In this document: piece by piece, positions 9,641 through 19,410 of the stretch
Position numbering within the stretch: position 1 is the stretch's first letter
How the letters are laid out: each line of letters opens with the position of its first letter
From: an uncultured Bacillota bacterium
GTDB lineage: Bacteria; Bacillota; Clostridia; Caldicoprobacterales; UBA3941
Reading direction: 5' to 3'
DNA: 64,000 nt
Assembly: GCA_938003915.1 (NCBI GenBank)
Contig: CALKWV010000076.1
Location: forward strand, 8,600 to 72,599
Notes under the pieces: generated by a model
What the model saw: the letters and a program-made list of their open reading frames with translations, nothing else
Told to the model about the DNA's origin: nothing
Database searches by the model: none
Made by a program: the position numbers and the translations under genes

Positions 9641-10840
9641 ATGAAGAATTTAGCCGTTATTGGTGTTATAGTAGTGTTAGTTCTAATTCCAACGAATGTG
9701 CTAAAAGCATCTACAACAGAGGAATTTCAGATTGATATAAGAGAAGAAATTCAAAAAATCGCAGAAGAACAATTGAATATATTAAACATAAATCAATGGA
9801 ATGAATTTATTAAAAATGTAGATAATTATCAAGATAACTTATTAGCAAATATTAATATTAAGGAAATGATTATTAATCTGGTTACAGGCAACTATAAGTT
9901 TGACTGGAGAGAAATATATGAAAACTTTGGCAAGGCTTTTTTTGCAGAGATAAAGCTGAATTTAACACTTATGGCTAAAATTTTTGCTATAGCTATATTT
10001 ACCGGTATATTGAGTAATTTTAAAACAAATTTTACTGACAGCACAGTAGGAGAGCTGGCCTGGATAGTATGTTACATTATGATAGTAGTATTGATAATAC
10101 AGAGTATAACAGTAGTCCTCAATGTTGGAAAAAATACTATTGAACAAATGACATCATTTATGCAAATTCTTTTTCCTCCACTTTTAGCCCTTCTCATTGG
10201 TATGGGAGGCATAGCTTCATCGGGTGTTATGCAGCCAGCTACGGCATTGCTGACTGGAATCACTGGAGTATTCCTAAACAATGTTATGATACCATTGATT
10301 TTCTTATCCACAATTTTAGTTTTAGTCAGCAATATTAGTGAAAATATAAGTATAGAAAATCTAAGCAAGTTGACTAGAAATATTTGCTCCTGGGTATTAG
10401 GCATAGTATTTACAATCTTTATAGGAGTTCTTAGTGTCCAGGGGATAATGGCAGCATCCTTTGATGGGGTGTCTATTCGCACAACAAAATACGCCATTGA
10501 AACCTTCGTTCCAGTGGTAGGTAAAATGTTCTCTCAAACAGTAGATGTTGTTATTAACTCCTCCTTAATGTTAAAAAATGCAGTAGGTATAGTGGGATTA
10601 ATGGTTGCTATATCCATATGCCTATATCCTATATTAAAGATTCTTTCATTAATAGCTGTTTATAAGTTATCCAGTGCTTTGTTAGAACCCATTAGCGATG
10701 AAAGAATAGTTAATTGTTTAAATGAAATAGGCGGTGTGTTAGTAATACTCCTTGTAACCTTATTAGGCATAGCTATATTGTTTTTTTTAACTATAGCATT
10801 ATTAATGGGGTTAGGTAATATAACTGTAATGATGAGATAG
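9641..10840 (+). CDS. spoIIIAE: stage III sporulation protein AE
   Basis: 399 aa with a signal peptide plus a polytopic membrane domain. Fifth position in the operon. Confidence 0.85.
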   Translation: MKNLAVIGVIVVLVLIPTNVLKASTTEEFQIDIREEIQKIAEEQLNILNINQWNEFIKNVDNYQDNLLANINIKEMIINLVTGNYKFDWREIYENFGKAFFAEIKLNLTLMAKIFAIAIFTGILSNFKTNFTDSTVGELAWIVCYIMIVVLIIQSITVVLNVGKNTIEQMTSFMQILFPPLLALLIGMGGIASSGVMQPATALLTGITGVFLNNVMIPLIFLSTILVLVSNISENISIENLSKLTRNICSWVLGIVFTIFIGVLSVQGIMAASFDGVSIRTTKYAIETFVPVVGKMFSQTVDVVINSSLMLKNAVGIVGLMVAISICLYPILKILSLIAVYKLSSALLEPISDERIVNCLNEIGGVLVILLVTLLGIAILFFLTIALLMGLGNITVMMR

Positions 10841-10852
10841 AGGAGAATTTTA

Positions 10853-11452
10853 ATGATAAACCAGTGGATTTCAAATATAGTAGCAGTGGTAATACTGGCA
10901 ACATTGCTGGATATGGTTCTCCCTAATGGAAACCTAAAAAAATATACCAAATTTTTTATTGGACTTATTACTATTTTAGTAATTTTACAACCCATTATAA
11001 AGCTAACAGGTAATTACCCCCAGTTTATAAAAAACTTGTGGACTAAACAACTAGATGCGGAATTACAAACTATGAATGTTCAAAGCAAAGCTTTGGAAAT
11101 AAATCAGGAAAAATACTTAATGGAACTATATAAAAATAGATTAGAAGAAGATGTGGTTAGTAGGGTAAAAAGGTATATACCAAATCTAGATGTTTCAGCA
11201 AATGTTACATTAGATAATGTCCAGGATCAAGATACGTTTCTACTAAGTCAAATTGATATTACCATAGGATCTTCTAATTCCTTGAAAATAAAACCTGTAG
11301 AGATAAATATTGGCGATAAGTTTCCGACAGAAAAAGAAGTATTATCTCACTTAAATTTTGAAGATATAAATATTGATTTTGAAACCATCAAAGAGCATTT
11401 ATCTACTACTTATGAAATTGATAAATCAAGAATATACATAAATAAGAGATAG
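10853..11452 (+). CDS. spoIIIAF: stage III sporulation protein AF
   Basis: 199 aa with two N-terminal TMs followed by a soluble domain. Sixth position. Confidence 0.8.
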   Translation: MINQWISNIVAVVILATLLDMVLPNGNLKKYTKFFIGLITILVILQPIIKLTGNYPQFIKNLWTKQLDAELQTMNVQSKALEINQEKYLMELYKNRLEEDVVSRVKRYIPNLDVSANVTLDNVQDQDTFLLSQIDITIGSSNSLKIKPVEINIGDKFPTEKEVLSHLNFEDINIDFETIKEHLSTTYEIDKSRIYINKR

Positions 11453-11477
11453 CAATACCTATGATAAGGAGGACACT

Positions 11478-12083
11478 ATGGAAAATAAAAAAACACTAAA
11501 AGATCTAATATCACGGTTTAGGGAAATCAAAAATATTGAGTTAATACTGGCTATTCTTGTAATTTCTATTGTAGTAAGTATCTATGCTTCTACATTGAAT
11601 AAAGAACCTAGTTCTAATCAACAAAATGAATATCATCAGGATAGCGATAAAACTGATCTTCATTGGATAGATAATAATACATCTTATGAGAATCGAGATG
11701 AAAAAAGATTAAAGGAAATATTATCGGCTATTAAAGGGGCAGGGCAAGTAGAGGTTATGATAACTTATAGTTCCGGAAAAGAGATAATACCAGCAATGAA
11801 TACAGTAGAATCAACAACCATTACCGAAGAAGAGGACAATAGTGGAGGTACAAGAAGAATAAATCAAACGGATAAAAATTTCCATCCTTCAACCTATAAT
11901 GATTCAGAAGGGACAAAGCCCATTATTCTAAAGGAGGTGGAGCCAGAAATAAAAGGAGTAATAGTTATCGCCCAAGGAGCCGAAGATATTCGGGTAAAAA
12001 TGGAACTTATGCGGGCTGTACAGGTTGCATTAGGTGTTAAGCCCAATCAAGTAGAAGTTTTCCCGATGGAACAAAGAAATTAG
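11478..12083 (+). CDS. spoIIIAG: stage III sporulation protein AG
   Basis: 201 aa with an N-terminal TM and a C-terminal ring-building-motif-like region (GVIVIAQGAED..VKMELMRAVQVALGV). Confidence 0.85.
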   Translation: MENKKTLKDLISRFREIKNIELILAILVISIVVSIYASTLNKEPSSNQQNEYHQDSDKTDLHWIDNNTSYENRDEKRLKEILSAIKGAGQVEVMITYSSGKEIIPAMNTVESTTITEEEDNSGGTRRINQTDKNFHPSTYNDSEGTKPIILKEVEPEIKGVIVIAQGAEDIRVKMELMRAVQVALGVKPNQVEVFPMEQRN

Positions 12084-12096
12084 GGAGGGGATAAAT

Positions 12097-12681
12097 ATGA
12101 TTACGGTAAAAAGAAAAAATTTAGTTTTGGCTATGTTGGTAGTTCTTCTCGTTATAACGGGATATTTGAACTTTGTATACAATCAAAATGCTATTAAAGA
12201 GCAAGAAAATGCAAATTTCCTAGATAATGACAACCAAAAACCAGCTGTAACGGTAAATGATGCATTGGAAGGAAAAGATAGCAGTGAAGATGTGGATTCA
12301 TCATCAGATGTTGTAAGTACGTCTAGTAGTGGAGGCTTTTTCGTAGAGTATCGTTTTGAAAGAGAGAATACAAGAAAGAAAGAAATAGACTGGATAAAAG
12401 AAATTGTTGATAATCCCAATTCTGACCCTCAAACTAAAAATCAAGCCCAGCAACAACTCTTAGAAATTACATCCAATATGGAAAAAGAATTGAATATAGA
12501 AGGTCTTTTGAAAGCAAAAGGATTTAATGATTCCATTGTTATATTTAACCAGGACTATGTAAGCGTTATAGTTGATAAACAGGAATTAGCTCCTGAAGAA
12601 GTAGCCCAAATTTTAGATATAGTTAAACGGGAATCTGGTAAGGAGGCAGATAGTATAAAAATCATCCCTACTAGCCAATAA
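12097..12681 (+). CDS. spoIIIAH: stage III sporulation protein AH
   Basis: 194 aa with an N-terminal TM, a low-complexity linker and a C-terminal YscJ/FliF-like part. Last gene of the operon. Confidence 0.8.
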   Translation: MITVKRKNLVLAMLVVLLVITGYLNFVYNQNAIKEQENANFLDNDNQKPAVTVNDALEGKDSSEDVDSSSDVVSTSSSGGFFVEYRFERENTRKKEIDWIKEIVDNPNSDPQTKNQAQQQLLEITSNMEKELNIEGLLKAKGFNDSIVIFNQDYVSVIVDKQELAPEEVAQILDIVKRESGKEADSIKIIPTSQ

Positions 12682-12704
12682 AATTTTATTACTTTATTAA
12701 CACT

Positions 12705-12750
12705 GAGAACTATAGATATTTTCCATGTATTTATAGTTCTCATTTTATTT
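12705..12750 (+). terminator. hairpin terminator after spoIIIAH
   Basis: GAGAACTATA-17 nt-TATAGTTCTC followed by ATTTTATTT. Confidence 0.6.
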
Positions 12751-12870
12751 ATTATTGATATTGATGTATTATATAAAAATAATCTTTTTATTCTCATAGT
12801 AAGGTTAATATTCTATCAAAATGTCTTCCTTTTAGCTATATAATTATAAGAAAGCCAGGATTTATTTAGC

Positions 12871-12899
12871 TTGACATGACACTAAAAAAAGGATAAAAT
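12871..12899 (+). promoter_or_regulatory. sigma-A-type promoter upstream of rny
   Basis: TTGACA, 17-nt spacer, TAAAAT. It lies about 200 nt upstream of the rny start. Confidence 0.7.
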
Positions 12900-13108
12900 T
12901 AATTTAACATGCTATTGTGTATGGATGTTTACATCCATACAGTCAACTAAGTTAGTTCATAATAAAAAAATTGATTGTAAGCTTAGTTGATTATAAAAAT
13001 AGTGAATTGATCAATAAAAGGGATTGTAGAAGCCCACTTATCCTATGAGCCGAGTAATATGCCCGGCTTGACTTTTATAATCAGAAAATGAGGAGGTGTC
13101 CCTATCTA

Positions 13109-14653
13109 GTGCTAAAAATACTACTACAGGTATTTGTCCTGGTAGTAGTGGCTATTGGGGGAGTGGCGCTCGGATACAATTATCGTAAACGGATAGCCGA
13201 AGGCAAAATATCCAGTGCAGAAGAAGCTGCCAAGAGAATTGTAGAAGAAGCCAAAAAGCAAGCTGAAGCGACGCAACGCGAAGCTATACTAGAAGCAAAG
13301 GAAGAAATACACAAACTGCGAAACGAATTTGACAGAGAAATTAGAGAAAGACGAAATGAAATACAGCGAGTTGAGCGTAGAATTCAACAAAAAGAAGAGA
13401 ATTTAGATAGAAAGATGGATTCTTTAGAATCAAAAGAAGAATCTCTTAATAAAAGAAAAAAAGAGATTGAAAAACTTGAACAAGAAATTGAATCCATACA
13501 CAAGCAACAGCTGAGTGAACTGGAAAGAATTTCAGAAATGACAAAAGATCAGGCCCGTGAAACTCTATTAGAAAGTGTTGAAAGAGAATTATCTCACGAA
13601 ATGGCCGTTAAGATACGTGAATATGAGAATATGGCAAAAGAAGAGGCCGAAAAAAGAGCCCGATCAATTATTGCTTTGGCCATACAAAAGTCAGCAGCTG
13701 ATCATGTGGCTGAAGCCACTGTATCAGTGGTAGAACTGCCAAACGATGAAATGAAGGGGCGAATTATTGGTAGAGAAGGACGTAATATTCGCACCTTAGA
13801 GACTGCTACTGGAATAGACCTAATAATTGATGATACTCCAGAAGCAGTTATCCTGTCAGGTTTTGATCCTATACGAAGAGAGATAGCTAGAATTTCATTA
13901 GAAAAATTGATTTTAGATGGCAGAATTCACCCCACTCGAATTGAAGAAATGGTGGAAAAGGCTAAAAAAGAAGTAGAAACACAGATACGCGAGGCGGGGG
14001 AACAAGCCGTCTTCGAGGTTGGAATTCATGGAATCCATCCAGAACTTATAAAACTACTTGGAAGATTGAAATATCGGACCAGTTATGGGCAAAATGTATT
14101 GAGACATTCTATTGAAGTCGCTCATCTTGCTAGTATTATGGCTGCTGAATTAGGCGCAGACATAAAATTAGCTAAGCGAGCTGGTTTGCTACATGATATT
14201 GGTAAGGCGGTAGACCACGAAGTTGAAGGATCCCATACACAAATTGGTGCTGATCTTGCTAGAAAGTATAAAGAAAGCCCCGAAGTTGTGCATGCAATCT
14301 TAGCACACCATGGCGATATAGAAGCTACATCTGTAGAAGCTGTATTAGTTCAAGCCGCTGATGCCATATCGGCAGCAAGGCCAGGCGCAAGGCGCGAAAC
14401 TTTAGAAGCTTATATCAAGCGCTTAGAAAAGCTAGAAGAAATAGCAAATTCCTTCGCAGGAGTAGAAAAATCCTTTGCAATTCAGGCAGGTCGTGAGTTA
14501 AGAATTATAGTTAAGCCTGATAAAGTTAGCGATGATCAGGCCGTCCTAATGGCTAGAGATATTGTAAAAGCTGTAGAAAGAGAATTAGAATATCCAGGAC
14601 AAATAAAGATTAATGTAATTAGAGAAACTAGAGCTGTTGAATATGCAAAATAA
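13109..14653 (+). CDS. rny: ribonuclease Y
   Basis: Has an N-terminal TM, a long coiled coil, a KH domain ([15 protein letters not shown]) and an HD domain (HSIEVAHLA...LLHDIGKA). GTG 13109 is preferred because AGGAGG lies at 13091-13096, inside the ORF-track N-terminus (ATG 13088 has no RBS). Confidence 0.93.
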   Translation: MLKILLQVFVLVVVAIGGVALGYNYRKRIAEGKISSAEEAAKRIVEEAKKQAEATQREAILEAKEEIHKLRNEFDREIRERRNEIQRVERRIQQKEENLDRKMDSLESKEESLNKRKKEIEKLEQEIESIHKQQLSELERISEMTKDQARETLLESVERELSHEMAVKIREYENMAKEEAEKRARSIIALAIQKSAADHVAEATVSVVELPNDEMKGRIIGREGRNIRTLETATGIDLIIDDTPEAVILSGFDPIRREIARISLEKLILDGRIHPTRIEEMVEKAKKEVETQIREAGEQAVFEVGIHGIHPELIKLLGRLKYRTSYGQNVLRHSIEVAHLASIMAAELGADIKLAKRAGLLHDIGKAVDHEVEGSHTQIGADLARKYKESPEVVHAILAHHGDIEATSVEAVLVQAADAISAARPGARRETLEAYIKRLEKLEEIANSFAGVEKSFAIQAGRELRIIVKPDKVSDDQAVLMARDIVKAVERELEYPGQIKINVIRETRAVEYAK

Positions 14654-14678
14654 GGTGTAGCACTGCTACACCTTTTTT
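14653..14678 (+). terminator. rho-independent terminator after rny
   Basis: AGGTGTAGC-act-GCTACACCT followed by TTTTT. Confidence 0.9.
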
Positions 14679-14702
14679 GTTTATTTCTAATCTGAAAATC
14701 AA

Positions 14703-14732
14703 TTGACTAATATATAGAAAATTCTTTATAAT
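14703..14732 (+). promoter_or_regulatory. sigma-A-type promoter upstream of spoVS
   Basis: TTGACT, 18-nt spacer, TATAAT. Confidence 0.6.
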
Positions 14733-14817
14733 ATAAATAGAAAAAGTTTTAAAAAAGAGGATTTTTTTTATCGATGTAGAATATTAATAATAAATACCAA
14801 TGATAGGGGGTCAAATC

Positions 14818-15078
14818 GTGGAAGTATTAAAAGTATCAGCAAAATCTAGTCCTAATTCAGTAGCTGGGGCACTGGCTGGAGTGCTTAGAGAGCACGGCTC
14901 AGCCGAATTGCAAGCCATTGGCGCAGGAGCGTTAAATCAGGCAATAAAAGCAGTGGCCATAGCAAGAGGATTTGTTGCTCCTGGAGGAATGGATTTAGTA
15001 TGTATCCCGGCTTTCACTGATATTGTTATTGACGGTGAAGAGAGAACAGCAATGAAGCTAATAGTTGAACCCCGCTAA
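14818..15078 (+). CDS. spoVS: stage V sporulation protein S
   Basis: (M)EVLKVSAKSSPNSVAGALAGVLRE...MKLIVEPR is the highly conserved 86-aa SpoVS. GTG 14818 is preceded by GGGGG; the ORF track starts at 14800. Confidence 0.93.
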   Translation: MEVLKVSAKSSPNSVAGALAGVLREHGSAELQAIGAGALNQAIKAVAIARGFVAPGGMDLVCIPAFTDIVIDGEERTAMKLIVEPR

Positions 15079-15105
15079 ACCTACCAATAAAAGGTAGGTT
15101 TTTTC
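15078..15105 (+). terminator. rho-independent terminator after spoVS
   Basis: AACCTACC-7 nt-GGTAGGTT followed by TTTT. Confidence 0.85.
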
Positions 15106-15147
15106 TAGGTCTAAATTTCTATTAATCTTAGTTGAAAGAGTGATTAT

Positions 15148-16086
15148 ATGGAAAAATTCAAAATAATAGATGGCCATTGCGATACATTAACTAATCTGTT
15201 AGACAGACCTTCAACCATAGACGATCCGAAAAATCATGTAAATTTTGAAAAACTAATCAAAGGCTGCGTACATATTCAGTTTTTTGCTGCATGGATAGGT
15301 TCCAAGCAAAAATACGGTCCTCCTCTTCAAAGAGGTCTTAAATTAATAGATAAATTCAATACCATGTTAGCAAAAGACTCTAGAATTGTTCCCATACTAC
15401 AATGGAAAGATATTAATAAGATTAAGGACAATCAAATAGGAGCCTTATTAACTGTTGAATGCGGAAGTATATTGGAAGGAGAGCTTGCAAATCTAAGAAT
15501 TCTTCATAAGTTGGGAGTAAGGCTAATGACCCTAACCTGGAATTATCGTAATGAAATATGCGATGGTATTATGGAAACAAACAGTAAAAGTGGTTTATCT
15601 AATTTTGGTATATCAGTAGTTCAAGAAATGAATAGGTTAAATATGATTATTGATGTATCTCATATTTCAGTTTCAGGTTTTTGGGATGTAATTGAGCATT
15701 CAAAGGCACCAATTATAGCTTCCCATTCAAATGCAAAAGCATTATGCTCTCATGTTAGAAATTTAGATAATGAACAAATACAAGCTATATCAAAAGTTAA
15801 AGGCCTCATAGGTATTAATCTCTATCCGCCTTTTTTATCTAAAAATAGTTGTGGAGTAGATGATATTATTAGACATATCGAATATATAGCTGGGCTAGGA
15901 GGAGTAGATATAGTAGGGTTTGGTTCTGATTTTGATGGTATTGATAAGTTGCCTGAAGGTATAAATGGTCCACAAGATTTTCCTAAAATTATTAATAGAC
16001 TTTTGCAACTTAATTATTCAGAGAATGACGTTAAAAAAATATGTTCAGAGAATTATTTGAGGATTATAAAAACTGTACTTAAGTAA
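15148..16086 (+). CDS. membrane-dipeptidase family (peptidase M19) protein
   Basis: IIDGHCDTL at the N-terminus, plus DVSH, SHSN and GSDFDG motifs of the renal-dipeptidase family. Confidence 0.85.
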   Translation: MEKFKIIDGHCDTLTNLLDRPSTIDDPKNHVNFEKLIKGCVHIQFFAAWIGSKQKYGPPLQRGLKLIDKFNTMLAKDSRIVPILQWKDINKIKDNQIGALLTVECGSILEGELANLRILHKLGVRLMTLTWNYRNEICDGIMETNSKSGLSNFGISVVQEMNRLNMIIDVSHISVSGFWDVIEHSKAPIIASHSNAKALCSHVRNLDNEQIQAISKVKGLIGINLYPPFLSKNSCGVDDIIRHIEYIAGLGGVDIVGFGSDFDGIDKLPEGINGPQDFPKIINRLLQLNYSENDVKKICSENYLRIIKTVLK

Positions 16087-16122
16087 ATAATAAATTTAGC
16101 ATTTTGAACTAGGGAGAGAAGA

Positions 16123-16950
16123 ATGAGTAACATTAAAAGTGTAGATTTACATAATCACACCACTGCTTCAGATGGTATCTTTACTCCAAAAGAATTAGTA
16201 TATCATGCTAGCGCTAAAGGACTAGCTGCAATAGGAATAACAGATCACGATACTACAGACGGTATATGTGAGGCTAAAAAGGCAGGAAAAAACTATGGTA
16301 TAGAAATAATTCCTGGTATTGAATTAAATGCTCAAGAAGACAATGTTGAGATACATATCCTAGGTTACTATATGGATTATAATTTACCTTGGTTTCAAGA
16401 TATCCTTACCAAGATAAGGGATGCAAGATATTATAGAGCTGAAAAAATGGTAAACAATCTAGTTAATATTTTTGGTATGGATCTAGAGTTCGAGGACATA
16501 ATACAGAAGGCGGGAGGCAAGCACAACATTGGTAGGACCCACATAGCAAGGGCAATGATAGATAAGGGAATAGTAAAAAGTGTATCGGAGGCCTTTGAAA
16601 AATATATAGGAGAAGGATGCAAAGCATATGTAAAAAGATATAAGCTAACTGTTTCCGAAGGGATTAATATCATAAAAGAAGCTGGCGGAGTGCCAGTCTT
16701 AGCTCATCCTGGGCTAATTGGTGATGATACCATAGTTGAGCGTATAATATCCTATGGAATACTTGGCATTGAAGCTTATCACAGCAAGCATACTTACCAG
16801 CAATCACAAAAATACGCTAAGCTGGCCGAAGCTAACGGACTAATAATAACAGGCGGCAGTGATTGTCACGGCGATGGCAGTCCCATGGTAGGCGATGTAA
16901 CTATAACTTATAATACTATCAATGAACTTAGAAGGATTGCAAATTTATAA
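16123..16950 (+). CDS. PHP-domain phosphoesterase
   Basis: DLHNHTTASDG, ITDHDT and GGSDCHG are PHP metal-binding motifs. Confidence 0.8.
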   Translation: MSNIKSVDLHNHTTASDGIFTPKELVYHASAKGLAAIGITDHDTTDGICEAKKAGKNYGIEIIPGIELNAQEDNVEIHILGYYMDYNLPWFQDILTKIRDARYYRAEKMVNNLVNIFGMDLEFEDIIQKAGGKHNIGRTHIARAMIDKGIVKSVSEAFEKYIGEGCKAYVKRYKLTVSEGINIIKEAGGVPVLAHPGLIGDDTIVERIISYGILGIEAYHSKHTYQQSQKYAKLAEANGLIITGGSDCHGDGSPMVGDVTITYNTINELRRIANL

Positions 16951-16968
16951 TAGCAATCCTTCATTTTT
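16933..16968 (+). terminator. terminator overlapping the end of the PHP gene
   Basis: AGGATTGC-12 nt-GCAATCCT followed by TCATTTTT. Confidence 0.7.
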
Positions 16969-17054
16969 ATCATGGACTTATGGGAAAAACTGTGGTATAA
17001 TTAGTTAAAAATGATGGGTTATGAACTATAACTTTCATTTTGGGAGGCATAGTA

Positions 17055-18248
17055 ATGGAATTATCAAGGAAACATTCTGATATTACTGCGTCACTAACTT
17101 TAGAAATAGATGCAAAAGCTAAAAAAATGAAGGCACAGGGAATAGATGTAATAGGTTTTGGTGCCGGTGAGCCTGATTTTGATACACCTTCATTTATTAT
17201 TGAGGCTGCAAAGGAAGCCCTTGACAAAGGGTATACTAAATATACACCTTCTTCCGGAATCATGGAATTGAAAGAAGCTATATGTGAAAAGCTAAAAAGG
17301 GACAATAATCTTGACTATGAACCCAATGAGATTCTTATATCAAATGGTGCTAAACATTCATTGTATAATATTTTTCAGGCAATATTAAACCCTGGAGATG
17401 AAGTTATAATACCTTCACCTTATTGGGTTAGTTATCCTGAAATGGTGAAGATGGCCGATGGAGTACCTGTATTTGTAAACACATTAGATGAACATGGTTT
17501 TCGTATTGATATTGAGCACCTAGAAAGAATCATTACAGATAAAACCAAGGCTTTAATAATCAATAGTCCTAATAATCCTTGTGGATGCGTTTATGACAGA
17601 GAACAGCTAGAAGCTATAGCAAAATTAGCAGTAGAGCAGGATTTTTTTGTTGTATCAGACGAAATATACGACGAATTATTGTATGATGGTGCTGAGCATA
17701 TAAGCATTGCATCTCTTAACCCTGAAATAAAAGAGCGAACACTTTTGGTAAACGGAATGTCAAAGGCATATGCAATGACTGGATGGCGAATTGGCTATGC
17801 AGCAGGAAACAAAGAAATAATCCGTGTTATGTCTAACATCCAAAGTCATTCCACTTCTAATCCAAACTCTATTGCACAATATGCCAGTTTAGCCGCTTTA
17901 AAGGGTCCAAAAGATATAATCAAGGAAATGGTATGTACATTTGATGAAAGAAGAAAATTCATGGTTAATAGGATAAATAGTATAGATATGATTTCCTGTA
18001 CCAGGCCTCAAGGAGCTTTCTATGTAATGTTGAATATTAAAAATGTAATTGGAAGAACTTATAATGGACGAATTATCAAGGGATCTTTAGATTTTACAGA
18101 TGCACTATTAGAAGCTCAAAAGGTAGCTGTTGTGCCAGGTGTCGCTTTTGGAGCAGATGGATATGTAAGATTATCCTACGCTACTTCAAAGGAAAATATA
18201 GAAAAGGGGTTAAACCGCATAGAGAAATTTATAAAAGAGTTAAAATAA
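17055..18248 (+). CDS. pyridoxal-phosphate-dependent (aspartate) aminotransferase, class I
   Basis: GAGEPDFDTP, SNGAKH and the PLP-lysine region NGMSKAYAMTGWRIGY are AspB-type. ATG 17055 has GGGAGG 7 nt upstream; the ORF track starts at TTG 17040. Confidence 0.88.
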   Translation: MELSRKHSDITASLTLEIDAKAKKMKAQGIDVIGFGAGEPDFDTPSFIIEAAKEALDKGYTKYTPSSGIMELKEAICEKLKRDNNLDYEPNEILISNGAKHSLYNIFQAILNPGDEVIIPSPYWVSYPEMVKMADGVPVFVNTLDEHGFRIDIEHLERIITDKTKALIINSPNNPCGCVYDREQLEAIAKLAVEQDFFVVSDEIYDELLYDGAEHISIASLNPEIKERTLLVNGMSKAYAMTGWRIGYAAGNKEIIRVMSNIQSHSTSNPNSIAQYASLAALKGPKDIIKEMVCTFDERRKFMVNRINSIDMISCTRPQGAFYVMLNIKNVIGRTYNGRIIKGSLDFTDALLEAQKVAVVPGVAFGADGYVRLSYATSKENIEKGLNRIEKFIKELK

Positions 18249-18279
18249 AAAGGCTTTGTGTAAAGCCTTTTTATTTTTA
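18249..18279 (+). terminator. rho-independent terminator after the aminotransferase
   Basis: AAAGGCTTT-gtgt-AAAGCCTTT followed by TTATTTTT. Confidence 0.85.
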
Positions 18280-18290
18280 GTTAATCAGCA

Positions 18291-18325
18291 AAAAAGAGTG
18301 GATATAAATCTACCCACTCTTTTTC
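18291..18325 (-). terminator. terminator downstream of tRNA-Trp (possibly bidirectional)
   Basis: AGAGTGG-11 nt-CCACTCT flanked by an A-run on one side and a T-run on the other. Confidence 0.7.
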
Positions 18326-18328
18326 AAT

Positions 18329-18404
18329 TGGCAGGGGAGACAGGACTCGAACCCGCAACCAATGGTTTTGGAGACCACTACTCTACCAATTGAGCTACTC
18401 CCCT
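18329..18404 (-). tRNA. tRNA-Trp (anticodon CCA)
   Basis: The reverse complement reads AGGGGAGTAGCTCAATTGGTAGAGTAGTGGTCTCCAAAACCATTGGTTGCGGGTTCGAGTCCTGTCTCCCCTGCCA. It has a 7-bp acceptor stem, a GGTTCGAGTCC T-arm, the anticodon loop CT-CCA-AA and an encoded CCA end. Confidence 0.95.
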
Positions 18405-18431
18405 ACAAAGCCCTTTTTGTAGGCACCTATT

Positions 18432-18460
18432 ATTATATGATAATTAAATAAATATGTCAA
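18432..18460 (-). promoter_or_regulatory. sigma-A-type promoter of tRNA-Trp
   Basis: On the minus strand: TTGACA, 17 nt, TATAAT, ending about 27 nt upstream of the tRNA 5' end. Confidence 0.75.
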
Positions 18461-18543
18461 CATATTTAGCAAAAAAATTTGCAGCAACTTCATTTTTGTA
18501 TATGGTATAATCAACATATAAAATAAGAATGGGGATGGTAGGA

Positions 18544-19365
18544 ATGTTTCAGGGGAATTTAGGTGTTATTGGAGCTGGTAATATGGCAACTTCTATTATA
18601 GAGGGAATACTAAAAAAAGGAGTAATTGCTCCCAATAATATATATGTCTATGATATTGATTCTACCAAACTTTCTTCAATAGCAAGCAAAACAGGGGTAG
18701 TTCCGGCAGCTAGCAATATAGATTTAATAAAAAACTGCAAAGTTTTTATTATAGCTGTCAAACCTCATGTCTACGACAGTTTATTAAATCAAATATCTGA
18801 CCATATTACCAATGAACACTTACTTATATCCATTGCAGCTGGTATAACAACTGATTATATAAAACAAAAAATAGACAATAAATGTAAGGTTGTTAGAGTA
18901 ATGCCCAATACTCCTGCCCTAGTAGGGGAGGGAATGACTGCTATATGCGTTAACAAAGATATAGATAATGAGCAAAGGGAAATAGTTAATTTAATATTTT
19001 CATCCCTGGGAAGGGTAGAGGAAGTAGAAGAATCTCTTATTGACGCTGCAACAGCTATTAGTGGAAGCAGCCCTGCCTATATCTATGTGCTGATAGAAGC
19101 ACTTGCTGATGGAGGAGTACTCATGGGCTTACCTCGCCATCAAGCCTATAGAATGGCTGCACAATCGGTTTTAGGGGCAGCAAAAATGGTTCTAGAGTTG
19201 GAAGAGCACCCGGGCATTCTAAAGGACATGGTATGCTCTCCTGGGGGCACCACCATTGAAGCCATATACACTTTAGAACGAAATAACTTTAGGGGAAGTA
19301 TTATGGAAGCAGTAAGAAACTGTACTTTGAAAGCCCAGCAACTAAATAATAAAAACAAACAATAA
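18544..19365 (+). CDS. proC: pyrroline-5-carboxylate reductase
   Basis: NLGVIGAGNMATSI Rossmann start, VRVMPNTPALVGEG and SPGGTTIEA motifs. Three in-frame ATGs (18529, 18535, 18544) are possible; the last follows the purine-rich GGGGATGGTAGGA. Confidence 0.9.
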   Translation: MFQGNLGVIGAGNMATSIIEGILKKGVIAPNNIYVYDIDSTKLSSIASKTGVVPAASNIDLIKNCKVFIIAVKPHVYDSLLNQISDHITNEHLLISIAAGITTDYIKQKIDNKCKVVRVMPNTPALVGEGMTAICVNKDIDNEQREIVNLIFSSLGRVEEVEESLIDAATAISGSSPAYIYVLIEALADGGVLMGLPRHQAYRMAAQSVLGAAKMVLELEEHPGILKDMVCSPGGTTIEAIYTLERNNFRGSIMEAVRNCTLKAQQLNNKNKQ

Positions 19366-19410
19366 TGTGAAAATATATAAATTAATATTAATTAAAGGAT
19401 GAAGTGATAA

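Noticed and set aside
13088-13108. ATG 13088 as the rny start.
   Set aside because: The AGGAGG Shine-Dalgarno lies inside these codons (13091-13096) and no RBS precedes 13088. In-frame GTG 13109 starts directly at the membrane anchor.
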